Assembly: GCA_951406725.2 (NCBI GenBank)
Contig: OX597835.1
Coordinates: 17,918,001 to 17,982,000, forward strand
Direction of reading: 5' to 3'
From: Octopus vulgaris
Lineage: Eukaryota
DNA: 64,000 nt
The translations under genes and the position numbers were made by a program. Numbering within the stretch: the stretch's first letter is position 1; each line of letters begins with the position of its first letter. This document shows, one piece after another, positions 14,364 through 26,127 of the stretch. The notes under the pieces are model-generated. The model was given only the letters and a program-made list of their open reading frames with translations, did no database searches and had not been told where the DNA came from.

Positions 14364-14784
14364 GTACATAACTATATCTACATCTATATGTATATATACA
14401 TGTATATTTGAGTACAGGACACCACAAATAAACGTAGAACACAACGAGAAACGAAAACACAAAATCAAACAAGGAAACGGACTTGTTTTAACAACGAAAA
14501 AACAGCCTACAAGACAAACATTACAAGGAATATTCCCCTCCATCCTTTCTGCAAAATGAATTAAATAAAATTCTTTTGCAGAGGTGTAAAAAAAGTGACA
14601 AGAACAGGACGTAAAAGCAATACAAATGAAGAAAAAAAACAGTACAAATAAAGAATAAAAACAGGACAAGGATCGAACGGTTTCCTTCTCTAAAATTCAT
14701 TCGAGAGGCCCTTATGGGCCTGGGGCTACAATAGAAGGCACTAAAGATTCAACGCATCATGTGATTCCCAAGTAACCTTCTTAC

Positions 14785-14824
<40 letters not shown>

Positions 14825-15950
14825 TGGAAACGTATTCAAATACATATATGCTTAGAAACGTTGGTGGATATAAGTATGTATCTAGGTACGTACTTAAGCA
14901 GGTACATGGCTCGCAGATTCATTCTTCATAACTTAAAATATATTTAATTTCAAAACTAACTCTTGGCACTTCTGAGCAGATGGATCTGTATAACGATTCC
15001 CCAATTATGGATTCGGAATTCCGTTCTGTTTCCGCGCCTGTGGAATTAATCATGCGCACGTATATATGAATTTATGCATGGGCCTCTATGCCTGTGCATG
15101 TCTGTGTGGTTTACGTGTGTGTGCGTGCGTGTGTGGGTGTTGTTGCCGTGTGTGTGTATGCGAACGCGCGTGCGTGTCTGCGTGCGTGTGTGTGTGCATG
15201 TAAGCGTATGTGTGTGTGGGTGTAAGCGTGTGTGTGTGTGTTATTTGTGTTTCAGTCTATCTGTCTGGCTATCTCTCCGTATACACACAGATTCAAACAC
15301 ATCCACATATGTTCACACGTATGTTCATACACAGAAACACAGAAACACACACACACACGCACACACAAACACTCACACACACACACACACACACACACTC
15401 ACGCACACAGGCACACACACACGCACACAGGAACACACACACCAACAAATCAAATATATTCCAAAATTCCTCAGAATCTCTTTAAACGTAGCATAGATTT
15501 TCGATAGATTTTCATCTATTTTTCGTTCATTTTTACCCTAATATATTTTAATTTGTTTTTCATTAATAAAATCACTTTTCTTCAGAAATCCCATTTGGAA
15601 ATAATTTCAGTTTAAACTAATATTCTATAAGGTTACGGCTTTTATTAAAACAGCGTTGTAAACGCAGAATAAATTGTATGAAATTTTCATCGTAACGTTA
15701 TTAACCCGCGGGTAATTTTTACTGAACACAGTTCCTCCAAAGGGAGGCAATGAAGTGCATAAAACAATGAAAAATATACATAATTAGTTTCAAAACATAA
15801 AACATGATTTTCATTAGTGGATATTGGAAGATTAGGGAAGACGTTAGAATATGTACATGTTAGATTGGAAATGTAAATAAGGAGAGAAAGAATAGTGTAT
15901 ACCTTCAGATGGTATATACGTATATGTACACACACAATTACACACACAAT

Positions 15951-16040
<90 letters not shown>

Positions 16041-16104
16041 TAGATAGATAGATAGATAAAACTTACTTCGAAGATGCGTGGCGTTCAATCATATAACATA
16101 AATA

Positions 16105-16141
<37 letters not shown>

Positions 16142-16183
16142 GGCATATATGCATACATATATGCACATACCTACATCTATACG

Positions 16184-16220
<37 letters not shown>

Positions 16221-16223
<3 letters not shown>

Positions 16224-16811
16224 ATAACAATTTAGGAGTGACCTTGACAGGCCATTCGTCCACCAGAGAGAGCAGCCATAACTCACACCGCCAAGTAGTA
16301 GTAATTCAGAAATTAGGAGAAAATTTAAAAACATTTACCCTAATTCATCTTTTAGACGATGCATCGTTTCTGTGTTATTGATGATTAAATTAGCTTAATT
16401 AAATTAAATTAAGCTAATCTACCATAGGTCACACTTCATCAGTAAAAAACCTTGGGAGAGACAAATATACACGAGGCGTCTGTATCGATGCCTCCGGAAT
16501 ATCTGTCTTAAAATTTTCAAGACCGACGCATTCGCGCCAAACCTATCAGCAGTAAATATAAACTGCCGATTCAATCTCAGAATTATTCAGAAAATTATCA
16601 ATTAGTCAATTTAGGGACCTCTTTCTGAATTACTACTACTTGGCGGTGTGAGTTATGGCTGCTCTCTCTGGTGGACGAATGGCCTGTTAAGGTCACTCCT
16701 AAATTGTTATATTCTTATATATTTAGTCTTTGACTATTTTCTCTTTTCCACTAGGCCGCTGGTAGCGATAAATTTCTATTGAATTTTTTGCTACCCTAAA
16801 TTGACTAATTG

Positions 16812-16812
<1 letters not shown>
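16221..16812. mobile_element. Hammerhead-containing retroelement insert (retrozyme / Penelope pLTR-like) with internal inversion
   Basis: 92-bp inverted repeat (16221-16312 vs 16622-16713, 1 mismatch) plus 19-bp inverted repeat (16598-16616 vs 16794-16812); contains an HHR; flanked by A/(TA)n tracts. Confidence 0.7.
16350..16447 (-). ncRNA. Type I hammerhead ribozyme with palindromic stem III and extended stem II
   Basis: Minus strand reads tttta-CTGATGA-[~65-nt stem II with gtgt/acac base and a 12-bp attagcttaatt/aattaagctaat hairpin]-GAA-ACGATGCATCGT-C-taaaa: intact core, GUC cleavage triplet, 5-bp stem I. Confidence 0.78.
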
Positions 16813-16868
<56 letters not shown>

Positions 16869-16909
16869 ACATATATGCATACATATATGTACATACTGAC
16901 ATCTATACG

Positions 16910-16946
<37 letters not shown>

Positions 16947-17357
16947 GTGTGTGTGTGTGTATGCATGTACGTATATTTGCATATGTGACACACCACGCCA
17001 TGAAACGTATATAACAGAAAAGTACGAAGCACGACTACATGAAACATGAAGTATTCTTTCGAACTACGAAAGACACAAATGGAAAAGAAAACAATCATAA
17101 AGAATGACCCTTCATCAGTTGTTGGCTGTTTCTCTAGTCTCGTATTTCTAGCATTTAACAGCAATGCACTCTGTGTTGATAAAGGGCAATAACTAAAAAA
17201 TCAGTCCAAAGATGTCGGTTTGTGCTGGATGACGGTGCTGAACTCCATATTCGAAAATATAAGGACACCGATATTGTGTCGTATAGCTAGCTGGAATCGA
17301 TGTTTCCTGGGGCTAAACAACAGTAACTATCGTTCTTTCCAGGACAGCCACATTATA

Positions 17358-17723
17358 CTCTCTTTTAATCTTTACTTGTTTCAGTCATTTGACTGCGGTC
17401 ATGCTGGAGCACCGCCTTTTAGTCGAGCAAATCGATCCCAGGACTTATTATTTGTAAGCCTAGTACTTATTCTATCGGTTCTCTTTTGCCGAACCGCTAA
17501 GTTACGGGGACGTAAGCTCACCAGCATCGGTTGTGAAGCGATGTAGGGGAGACAAACACAGACACACAAGCATATACACACGCATATATATATATATATA
17601 TATGTATGCGACATGCTTCTTTCAGTTTCTCTGTATCAAATCCACTCACAAGGCTTTGGTCGGCCCGAGGCTATAGCAGAAGACACTTGCCCACGGTGCC
17701 GCGCAGTAGAACTGAACCCGGAA
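17358..17723 (-). mobile_element. SINE family A copy (5'-truncated)
   Basis: Matches the family A reverse complement. Confidence 0.88.
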
Positions 17724-17873
17724 ATAGCTTTTACTTTAAAGAACTCTTACTGAATATCTCTCTTTGAGAGATTTAATTGCTTATAACCACCTTCAACGCT
17801 GCAACTGTTGTAATTATATTAATTATAATATCACTAGTACAGCAAAACCACCAACAACAACAGCTACAACAAA

Positions 17874-17926
<53 letters not shown>

Positions 17927-17944
17927 TATATATATATATGTACA

Positions 17945-18150
17945 TGCTTGTGTGTCTGTGTTTGTCCCTACACCATCGATTGACAATCGATGCTGGTGTA
18001 TTTATATTTACATCCACGTAACTTAGCGGTACGGCAAAAGAATAATACTGATAAAAAAAATAAGTCCGCGGGGGGGGGGGTGTCTATGTGTTCGACTAAA
18101 GGTCGTCCCCCTGCAGGGCCCGCAGTCAAATGGCTGAAGGAAATAAAAAA
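17945..18150 (+). mobile_element. SINE family A, decayed 3' half
   Basis: tgtgtctgtgtttgtccc..cgatgctggtg..gtaacttagcgg..cgactaaagg..cgcagtcaaatggctgaa. Confidence 0.7.
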
Positions 18151-18388
18151 GAATAAAAAAAATAGAACATATAATATACTAATGTATTCTTGCATGTGAT
18201 TCATACATGCCAATCTTCTAGAAACGGTTCTACTTACCATTTCTCATCATATTCGTTATTCTCTGATGTGTAATTATAAAGAAAAATTACATTTTACTTG
18301 CGCTGTCCTTCCTCTCCTAATCCCGCGAGCCTAAAGTGATAAGCACGTTTTCGAAGTACCACTTTGGTGTTCATAAATAAAGTGTACT

Positions 18389-18429
<41 letters not shown>

Positions 18430-18471
18430 ACCATCTTTTCGTTTTGAGAAATTTAGTAATTATAGGGAAAC

Positions 18472-18502
<31 letters not shown>

Positions 18503-18619
18503 TAATAATAATAATGATGATGATGATGATGATGATGATGTTGATGATGATGATAATAATAATGATGAAAATAATAATAATAATAATGATGATAATGATG
18601 ATAATAATAATAATAATAA

Positions 18620-18653
<34 letters not shown>

Positions 18654-18678
18654 AATGATGATGATGATGATGATGATG

Positions 18679-18715
<37 letters not shown>

Positions 18716-18756
18716 TGATGATGATGATGATGATAATAATACTAATAATACTAATA

Positions 18757-18824
<68 letters not shown>

Positions 18825-18840
18825 AATGATGATGATGATG

Positions 18841-18886
<46 letters not shown>

Positions 18887-18951
18887 TGATGATGATGATG
18901 ATAATAATACTAATAATACTAATAATGATGATGATGATGATGATGATGATG

Positions 18952-18983
<32 letters not shown>

Positions 18984-19011
18984 AATGATGATGATGATGA
19001 TGATGATGATG

Positions 19012-19066
<55 letters not shown>

Positions 19067-19230
19067 TAATAATAATAATAATGATCATGATGATGATGAT
19101 AATAATAATAATAATTTTAACAATAATAATAATAATGATACTAATAATAACAATGGAGATCATAATGATGATAACAGTAACAACAACAGCAACAACAACA
19201 ATAATAATAATAGTAATAACAATAATAATG
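18472..19230. repeat. Compound (AAT/GAT)n microsatellite with recurring aatactaat units
   Basis: Direct reading; source of poly-N/D, poly-I/M ORFs. Confidence 0.95.
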
Positions 19231-19421
19231 CAAATACTTGGAAATGATGAAAAATTATTGGTATCTATTTATGAAATCTGGGAGACATTCGGAGTATCAA
19301 CGTAGACATGTCGCCATTTTAGTTGTAAAGTAGAAGCAATTATCATGTCTGAACGTTGTTTTGCGATGAGCGAAAATCGCAGTCAAATTTCATTACAACA
19401 GACGAATATATACTACTGCTG

Positions 19422-19454
<33 letters not shown>

Positions 19455-20425
19455 CTCCTCCTACTACTACTACTACTACTAATACGACTGCTGCTGTTGC
19501 TTGTGCTGTTGCTGTCTTCTTCCAATCACGATTCACGCCATTAGCCACAAAGAATAATCTGTCATTCGAGCCTCATCTAAGCTACTAAGAACATGTGTGG
19601 CCACTTGAAAATCCATCCACCACACGCGATAGACTGGCGGTTGCACGGGCGCGAAAGCTACGTTGTTACCCGTATTCTATAAACGGTGGCTTTCAAAGGG
19701 TGGAGCGCTGCTACGTCTACACTAAGGGACCTTACGCCATTTAAAATGTGACTTAGTTTAGGACGGTGAAGAGATATACTTACCACTGTTGTCTAATAGG
19801 GTTGGCTCCATTGGTGTTTCGTGTGGGTGTTTCCACGAAATTTTGTATATTTTTTTTGTGAAAGTCTTTTGGAGCAGCCCAACAGCTTCGGGAATATTAT
19901 TTTTATAGTGTTAAATTATTCTTGTGTCATTAAAAATTATTTTTTCGTGTAGTGGTGGGAAGACAAAGTCTGTCATTTCTATTGTCCCTCAAGTATGTAA
20001 TTAGGTCTGTGAGATTTGTAGTGCTCGTTGGTGTCTGAGGTGGTAGTGCCTTCCACGCCTACTCCTATTTACATTCACAATTTGGTATCAAATATTCACA
20101 GAGTCGATATATTTATGACCAATTTTCGTTCTTCTACAACATTGAAATCTTAACAACAATATGATACTCAAAACCTGTATATTATATTTTGTTTATGAGA
20201 AAAGTTCATTTTCATTGCTACTTAAATATCTGTCAAGCGCTACCATCTTAATATACTGGTTTCAAATTTTGGCACAAAGCCAGTAGGTTTGGAGACAATG
20301 TTAAGTTGATTACATCGAAGCCACGTTTTATCTGTTACTAATTGTGTTGATCCCAAAACGATGAAAGGCAAAGGCGACTTCGGCAGATCATAAAGATCAT
20401 AAAGCGTTTGGCTCGGCATGCTGAA

Positions 20426-20663
20426 TTTTTTCTTTCTTTATTGCCAACAAGGAGCTAAACATAGAGGGGACAAACAAGGACAGACAAACGGATTAAGTCG
20501 ATTATATCGACCCCAGTGGGTAACTGGCACTTATTTCATCGACCCCGAAAGGATGAAAGGCAAAGTCGACCTCGGCAGAATTTGAACTCAGAACGTAATG
20601 GCAGACGAAATACCGCCAAGAATCTCGCCCGGCGTGCAAACATTTCTGCCAGCTAGACGCCTT
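20426..20663 (-). mobile_element. SINE family B copy (an older related copy lies at ~20255-20425)
   Basis: Reverse complement of the family B consensus. Confidence 0.85.
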
Positions 20664-20754
20664 AATAAAAATAATGATAACGACGGACTTTAACGTCGAT
20701 TTCCACTTTGAGAGCTTAACATTATTTTTTGAAAAAAGCTTTGTAGTCTAAGTG

Positions 20755-20787
<33 letters not shown>

Positions 20788-20788
<1 letters not shown>

Positions 20789-21135
20789 TCTTTACTCTTT
20801 TACTTGTTTCAGTCAGTTGACTGCGGCCATGCTGGAGCACAGTACTTATTCTATCGGTCTCTTTTGCCGAACCGCTAAGTAACGGGGACATAAACACACC
20901 AGCATCGGTTGTCAAGCAATGCTAGGGGGACAAACACAGACACACAAACACACACACGCATATATATATATATACATATATACGACGGGCTTCTTTCAGT
21001 TTCCGTCTACCAAATCCACTCACAAGGTTTTGGTCGGCCCGAGGCTATAGTAGAAGACACTTGCCCAAGGTGCCACGCAGTGGGACTGAACCCGGAACCA
21101 TGTGGTTGGTAAACAAGCTACTTACCACACAGCCA
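20788..21135 (-). mobile_element. SINE family A copy with internal deletion
   Basis: gctggagcac joins directly to agtacttattc, skipping about 50 bp of the consensus. Confidence 0.85.
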
Positions 21136-21439
21136 TATAAATATATACAAACATGCATTATCATTTTGTGAATATATTGATGGAATTCATTCGAACCTCG
21201 AAACTGGAAATCCATGTTTGTTTATCGAGGTGAGATCAATGGAAAAGCAAAATAATACGTTTTAATAGCGATAGGAAATTCATTATATTTGTTTCCAACG
21301 ACTTAAAAGAAAAGACAAAAATATTTTTATGTTTCTGTTTTTGATTTATCTGCTTTCTTACTTTTCCCCCTTCATTTCTAATAATTCAAGTTTAATGAAT
21401 GGAAAAGTATAATTTTTATTCTTTACATATTTATATATC

Positions 21440-21534
<95 letters not shown>

Positions 21535-21547
21535 GTCTATCTGTCTA

Positions 21548-21599
<52 letters not shown>

Positions 21600-21779
21600 T
21601 ATATATATGCATATATGAACTACGTATGTAAGAATATACATATTTAGGTATATATGTTACAATATATGTGCGTTTATACATTTATATGTATGTATAATAT
21701 ATATGCATATATATATATCCATATATATACATATATATGTGTTTGTGTGTGCGTTTAATGTATATGCATATATATATAT

Positions 21780-21832
<53 letters not shown>

Positions 21833-21867
21833 GGCATGCTTATATATATTTACAAATATGGATATAA

Positions 21868-21910
<43 letters not shown>

Positions 21911-21935
21911 ACATACATACATATTGTATGATATA

Positions 21936-21972
<37 letters not shown>

Positions 21973-22528
21973 TAGATACATACATACATATATGTATGTA
22001 TGTATGTATGCATGTATGTATGTATGTATGTATGTATTTATGTATGTATGTATGTATGTAAGTATGTATGTATATGAAAGGCATATACACATTACCCGAA
22101 ACCGAAACTGCCATTCAAACACATACATACGCAAGTATATTGACAAAGTTATACCAAAATAATGAGTAAAACTTTCACTGTCTCGTGTATTGATACTGAA
22201 ATATATAATATAATAGATGGCTGTTGGCTGTGATTTCGTTTTCTTTTAACCCATTAAGACTATAATTATGCAATGATGCAGCAAAAGATTTTTGAAGTAT
22301 CCATAATATAATATATGCTATGTAAAATATTTTAGCCTCGGCAACCGTTATTTCGTCGATTGAAAGACTGAAATAAAGAACAATTTTTTCACTTTTACAA
22401 ATCAACAAGTCCGCATGTACGTAAGCGTGCATTAATGTATATAGAAAGGAATCGGTACGTGATTATATGTCAAACTTTTTATATATATGCCTGCATTTGT
22501 CTGAAGTAAATAGTTGTATATTTACAGT

Positions 22529-22932
22529 GGCGCAGGAGTGGCTATGTGGTAAGTAGCTTGCTAACCAACCACATGGTTCCGGGTTCAGTCCCACTCCGTG
22601 GCACCTTCGGCAAGTGTCTTCTACTATAGCGTCGGGCCGACCAAAGCCTTGTGAGTGGATTTGGTAGACGGAAACTGAAAGAAGCCCGTCGTATATATGT
22701 ATATATATATATGCATGTGTGTGTTTGTGTGTCTGTGTTTGTCCCCTAACATTGTTTGACAACCGACGCTGGTGTGTTTATGTCCCCGTTACTTAGTGGT
22801 TCGGCATAAGAGACCGATAGAATAAGTACTGGGCTTACAAAAGAATAAGTCCCGGGGTCGAGTTGCTCGATTAAAGGTGGTGCTCCAGCATGGCCACAGT
22901 CAAATGACTGAAACAAGTAAAAGAGTAAAGAG
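22529..22932 (+). mobile_element. SINE family A, full-length copy
   Basis: ggcgcaggagtggctatgtggtaag ... aagtaaaagagtaaagag. Confidence 0.9.
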
Positions 22933-23229
22933 TATATACCCATGCGTCTATGAATACACGCACACAGGCCCACGTATACAGAAACAGACGCGCACACAAC
23001 GGCAGATAAATATTCAGTTATACAAAACGTTGACAGTAACTTCGAAGTTTCAGCTTGCTCGTTTTGATGAGAGAGTGTAATTAATCAAGTAAGCAGGAAC
23101 TACAACTTTTGTCAATATTTTCCTCTCCAAAAAAAAAAAAAATTATGGAGTATTTCGAATGAACAAAGTAATGTAACCCGATGGTTGAAATAATTCCGCG
23201 AATTAGGTCCTCCAAAGTCAGTCGGAAGG

Positions 23230-23470
23230 CCAGGGGTCCGTGTGAGTGTGCGGTAGGTGAATAGTAAATCCCCAAAAAAACCAACAAAACCAATAATAAA
23301 CAGAGGAAAAAAAGAAATGCGAGGAGGTGGTACATGTAAAGTATTAGCAGACACGAAGTAAAGAAAGGTGGTTTAACGTTTCGAGCAAATCTCTTCTTCA
23401 GAAACAGGTTACTGTCCAATAGAAAAGGGAGACGCAGTAAAAAATCACCAGCGATCCAGACGTGGTTATA
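23230..23470 (-). mobile_element. ~200-bp interspersed element with a minimal hammerhead (23371-23405)
   Basis: Minus strand gttt-CTGAAGA-a-gag-atttg-ctc-GAA-ACGT-T-aaac; flanks homologous to 54709-54901 (ctaatacttta..ccac.tcctcgc). Confidence 0.6.
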
Positions 23471-23625
23471 TACAAACGGCTTCTTTCTGTTTCTGTCTAT
23501 TAATTCCACTAACAAGGCATTGGTCGGCCCCAGGCTATAGTAGAAGACATGTGCCCAAAATACCACGGAGTGGAACTGAACCAGGTATCACGTGGTTGGG
23601 AAGCAAGCATCTTCCACGCATGCTC
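23470..23625 (-). mobile_element. SINE family A, decayed 5' half
   Basis: ttggtcggccccaggctatagtagaagaca..gtggaactgaacc. Confidence 0.7.
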
Positions 23626-24195
23626 CTACTTATATTCAAAATTTTGTTTCCATATTCACAGAGTCGAAACATTTATTAACAATCTTGGTTTTTTTCTCTC
23701 TCTCTCTTTGTCTCAGACTCGGCAATACAGTGTTGGGAAAGAGTCGCAGCTTTGTACTCTATAACATAGACCTGAATGTTATAGTTTGCTTAGGAGAATG
23801 TTCATTTTCATTGCAACCAAAATATCTCTCAATTGCCACCATCTTAATATACTGCTTTCAAATTTTGACACAAGTCCAGTATATTCGGGCATACATTTCA
23901 GTCGATTACATCGAAACCAATGTTTAGCTGGTACTTATTTTATCGATCCCGAAACGATGAAAAGCAAAATCGAATTTGAACTCAGATCATAACGACAGAC
24001 GAAATACCGTATTTTTCCCCGACATGCTAACGGTTCTGCCAACTCGCCGCTTTCACCATCTTAATATATTAGCAATAATGTAAAGAAGATACACTAATAG
24101 TCTACATCGGGATACAACATCACTGGATTAAATTAAAGGCAATGAGCATATTGGAATCATACGCTTAAGCAATTAGAAATAAACTGGGATTAATG

Positions 24196-24579
24196 GGAGG
24201 CACTCCGTCGGTTACGACGACGAGGGTTCCGGTTGATCCGAATCAACGGAACAGCCTGCTCGTGAAATTAACGTGTAAATGGCTGAGCACTCCACAGACA
24301 CGTGTACCCTTAACGTAGTTCTCGCGGATATTCAGCGTGACACAGAGAGTGACAAGGCCGGCCCTTTGAAATACAGGTACAACAGAAAGAGGAAGTAAGA
24401 GTGAGAGAAAGTTGTGGTGAAAGAGTACAGCAGGGATCACCACCATCCCCTGCCAAAGCCTCGTGGAGCTTTAGGTGCTTTCGCTCAATAAACACTCACA
24501 ACGCCCGATCTGGGAATCGAAACCGCGATCCTATGACCGCGAGTCCGCTGCCCTAACCACTGGGCCATTGCGCCTCCAC
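24196..24579 (-). mobile_element. SINE family C, full-length copy with TSD tgggattaa
   Basis: Reverse complement of 11024-11410; tgggattaa present at 24185-24193 and 24580-24588. Confidence 0.9.
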
Positions 24580-24676
24580 TGGGATTAAACAACAACGATA
24601 TCAATAACAAGAGGCTCATCATCAGAATAATAAAAGTAGTTAAAAAAAATATACGCAATAGAAAATATTTTTCACT

Positions 24677-25073
24677 CTCTCTTTTACTCTTTTACTTGTT
24701 TCAGGCATTTGACTGCGGCCATGCTGGAGCACCGCCTTTAATCGAGCAACGCGACCCCGGGAGTTATTCTTTTGTAATCACAGTACTTATTTATTCTATC
24801 GGTCTCCCGCTAGGTAACGGGGATGTAAACACACCAGCATCGGTTGTGAAGCAATGCTAGGGGGACAAACACAGACACACAAACGCACACACGCATATAT
24901 ATACACATATATACGACGGGCTTCTTTCAGTTTCCGTCTACCAAATCCACTCACAAGACTTTGGTCGGCCCGAGGCTATAGTAGAAGACACTTGCCCAAA
25001 GTGCCACGCAGTGGGACTGAACCCGGAACCATGTGGTTTGTTAGCATGCTACTTACCACACAGCCACTCCTGC
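24677..25073 (-). mobile_element. SINE family A copy with a long flanking direct repeat
   Basis: Family A reverse complement; gttaaaaaaaatatacgcaatagaaaatatttt.cact is present on both sides. Confidence 0.88.
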
Positions 25074-25082
25074 ATAGTTTAA

Positions 25083-25303
25083 ACCTTTAGCATTTAAACC
25101 GGCCATATCCGGTTGAAATGTTCTATTTGTTTTATGTTCAAATTGGCCAGATCCAGCCTCTCATACAGACCCTATAATGTCATTCTTACAAATAAACAAT
25201 TGCATCATCGAAATCTTGAAGCTACATGAAAATACATGTTTAATTCAAAACAATATAAGTTAATAAGCATTACAATTGACAGCATAATCTGAATGCTAAA
25301 GGG
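25083..25303. mobile_element. piggyBac-type MITE (~221 bp)
   Basis: TTAA|(a)cctttagcatt ... aatgctaaaggg|TTAA: terminal inverted repeats ending in CCC/GGG (left end mutated), flanked by TTAA on both sides. Confidence 0.8.
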
Positions 25304-25737
25304 TTAAAAAAAATATACGCAATAGAAAATATTTTCCACTGTTAATCACATTTCTGACTCTGTTCCTCTTCTCGGTGTTTGCTAGCACACTACATTTGCC
25401 AGTATTCATATAGACCTGCACTTCTTACTAATCAATCCCTCTTCTCATCTCCTTAATTAAACATACGCACACCTGTGACAATTTTGTAATAATAACATGC
25501 AGGAAATTTTCAGTTTGGTAAACATGAAATCTTGAATAATTTATGTAATTTAGATCTGATAATTAGCCGGGTGAACAGAATAATTTCAACAATATTTCAG
25601 TTATGTATTGATAGCAACAAGAGTAATAGTCTATATAGTAATAGTAATAGTCTATATGTATAATGTTGCTGTTATTGTTGCGCGCTTGGTAGTATGTAGA
25701 GCAGTGATTAACAACAGCCTAACGGAGACCGTTATTT

Positions 25738-26052
25738 GAGCTGGCAGACACGTTAGCGCGCCGGGCGAAATGCTTAGCGGTATTTCGTCTGTCGTTACGT
25801 TCTGAGTTCACATTCCACCGAGGTCAACTTTGCCGTTCATCCTTTCGGGATCGATAAATAAAGTACCAGTTTCGCACTGGGGTCGATATAATCGACTTAA
25901 TCCGTTTGTCTATCCTCTCTGTGTTTAGCCCCTTCTGGGTAGTAAAGAAATAGGTATTTCGTCTGTCGTTACGTTCTGAGTTCAAATTCCGCCGAGGTCA
26001 ACTTTGCCTTTCATCCTTTCGGGGTCGATTAATAAAGTACCAGTTTCGCACT
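25738..26052 (+). mobile_element. SINE family B with a partial tandem second unit
   Basis: A full unit, then ggtatttcgtctgtcgttacg...gtaccagtttcgcact repeated from about 25953. Confidence 0.85.
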
Positions 26053-26127
26053 AGGGCAGTATCGGCTCTTTGGGCCTAGACCATTTTACATCACATTGGC
26101 TCGATCGTTCCGGAAAAAAGAAGCTCT

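Noticed and set aside
19640-20080. Possible exon on the minus strand ending at a cagtg|gtaagt donor
   Set aside because: Upstream frames contain stops and no recognisable protein or acceptor site.
23081-23566. 161-aa ORF with a hydrophobic stretch
   Set aside because: It runs across a SINE fragment and the T-rich strand of the minimal-HHR element; a chance ORF.
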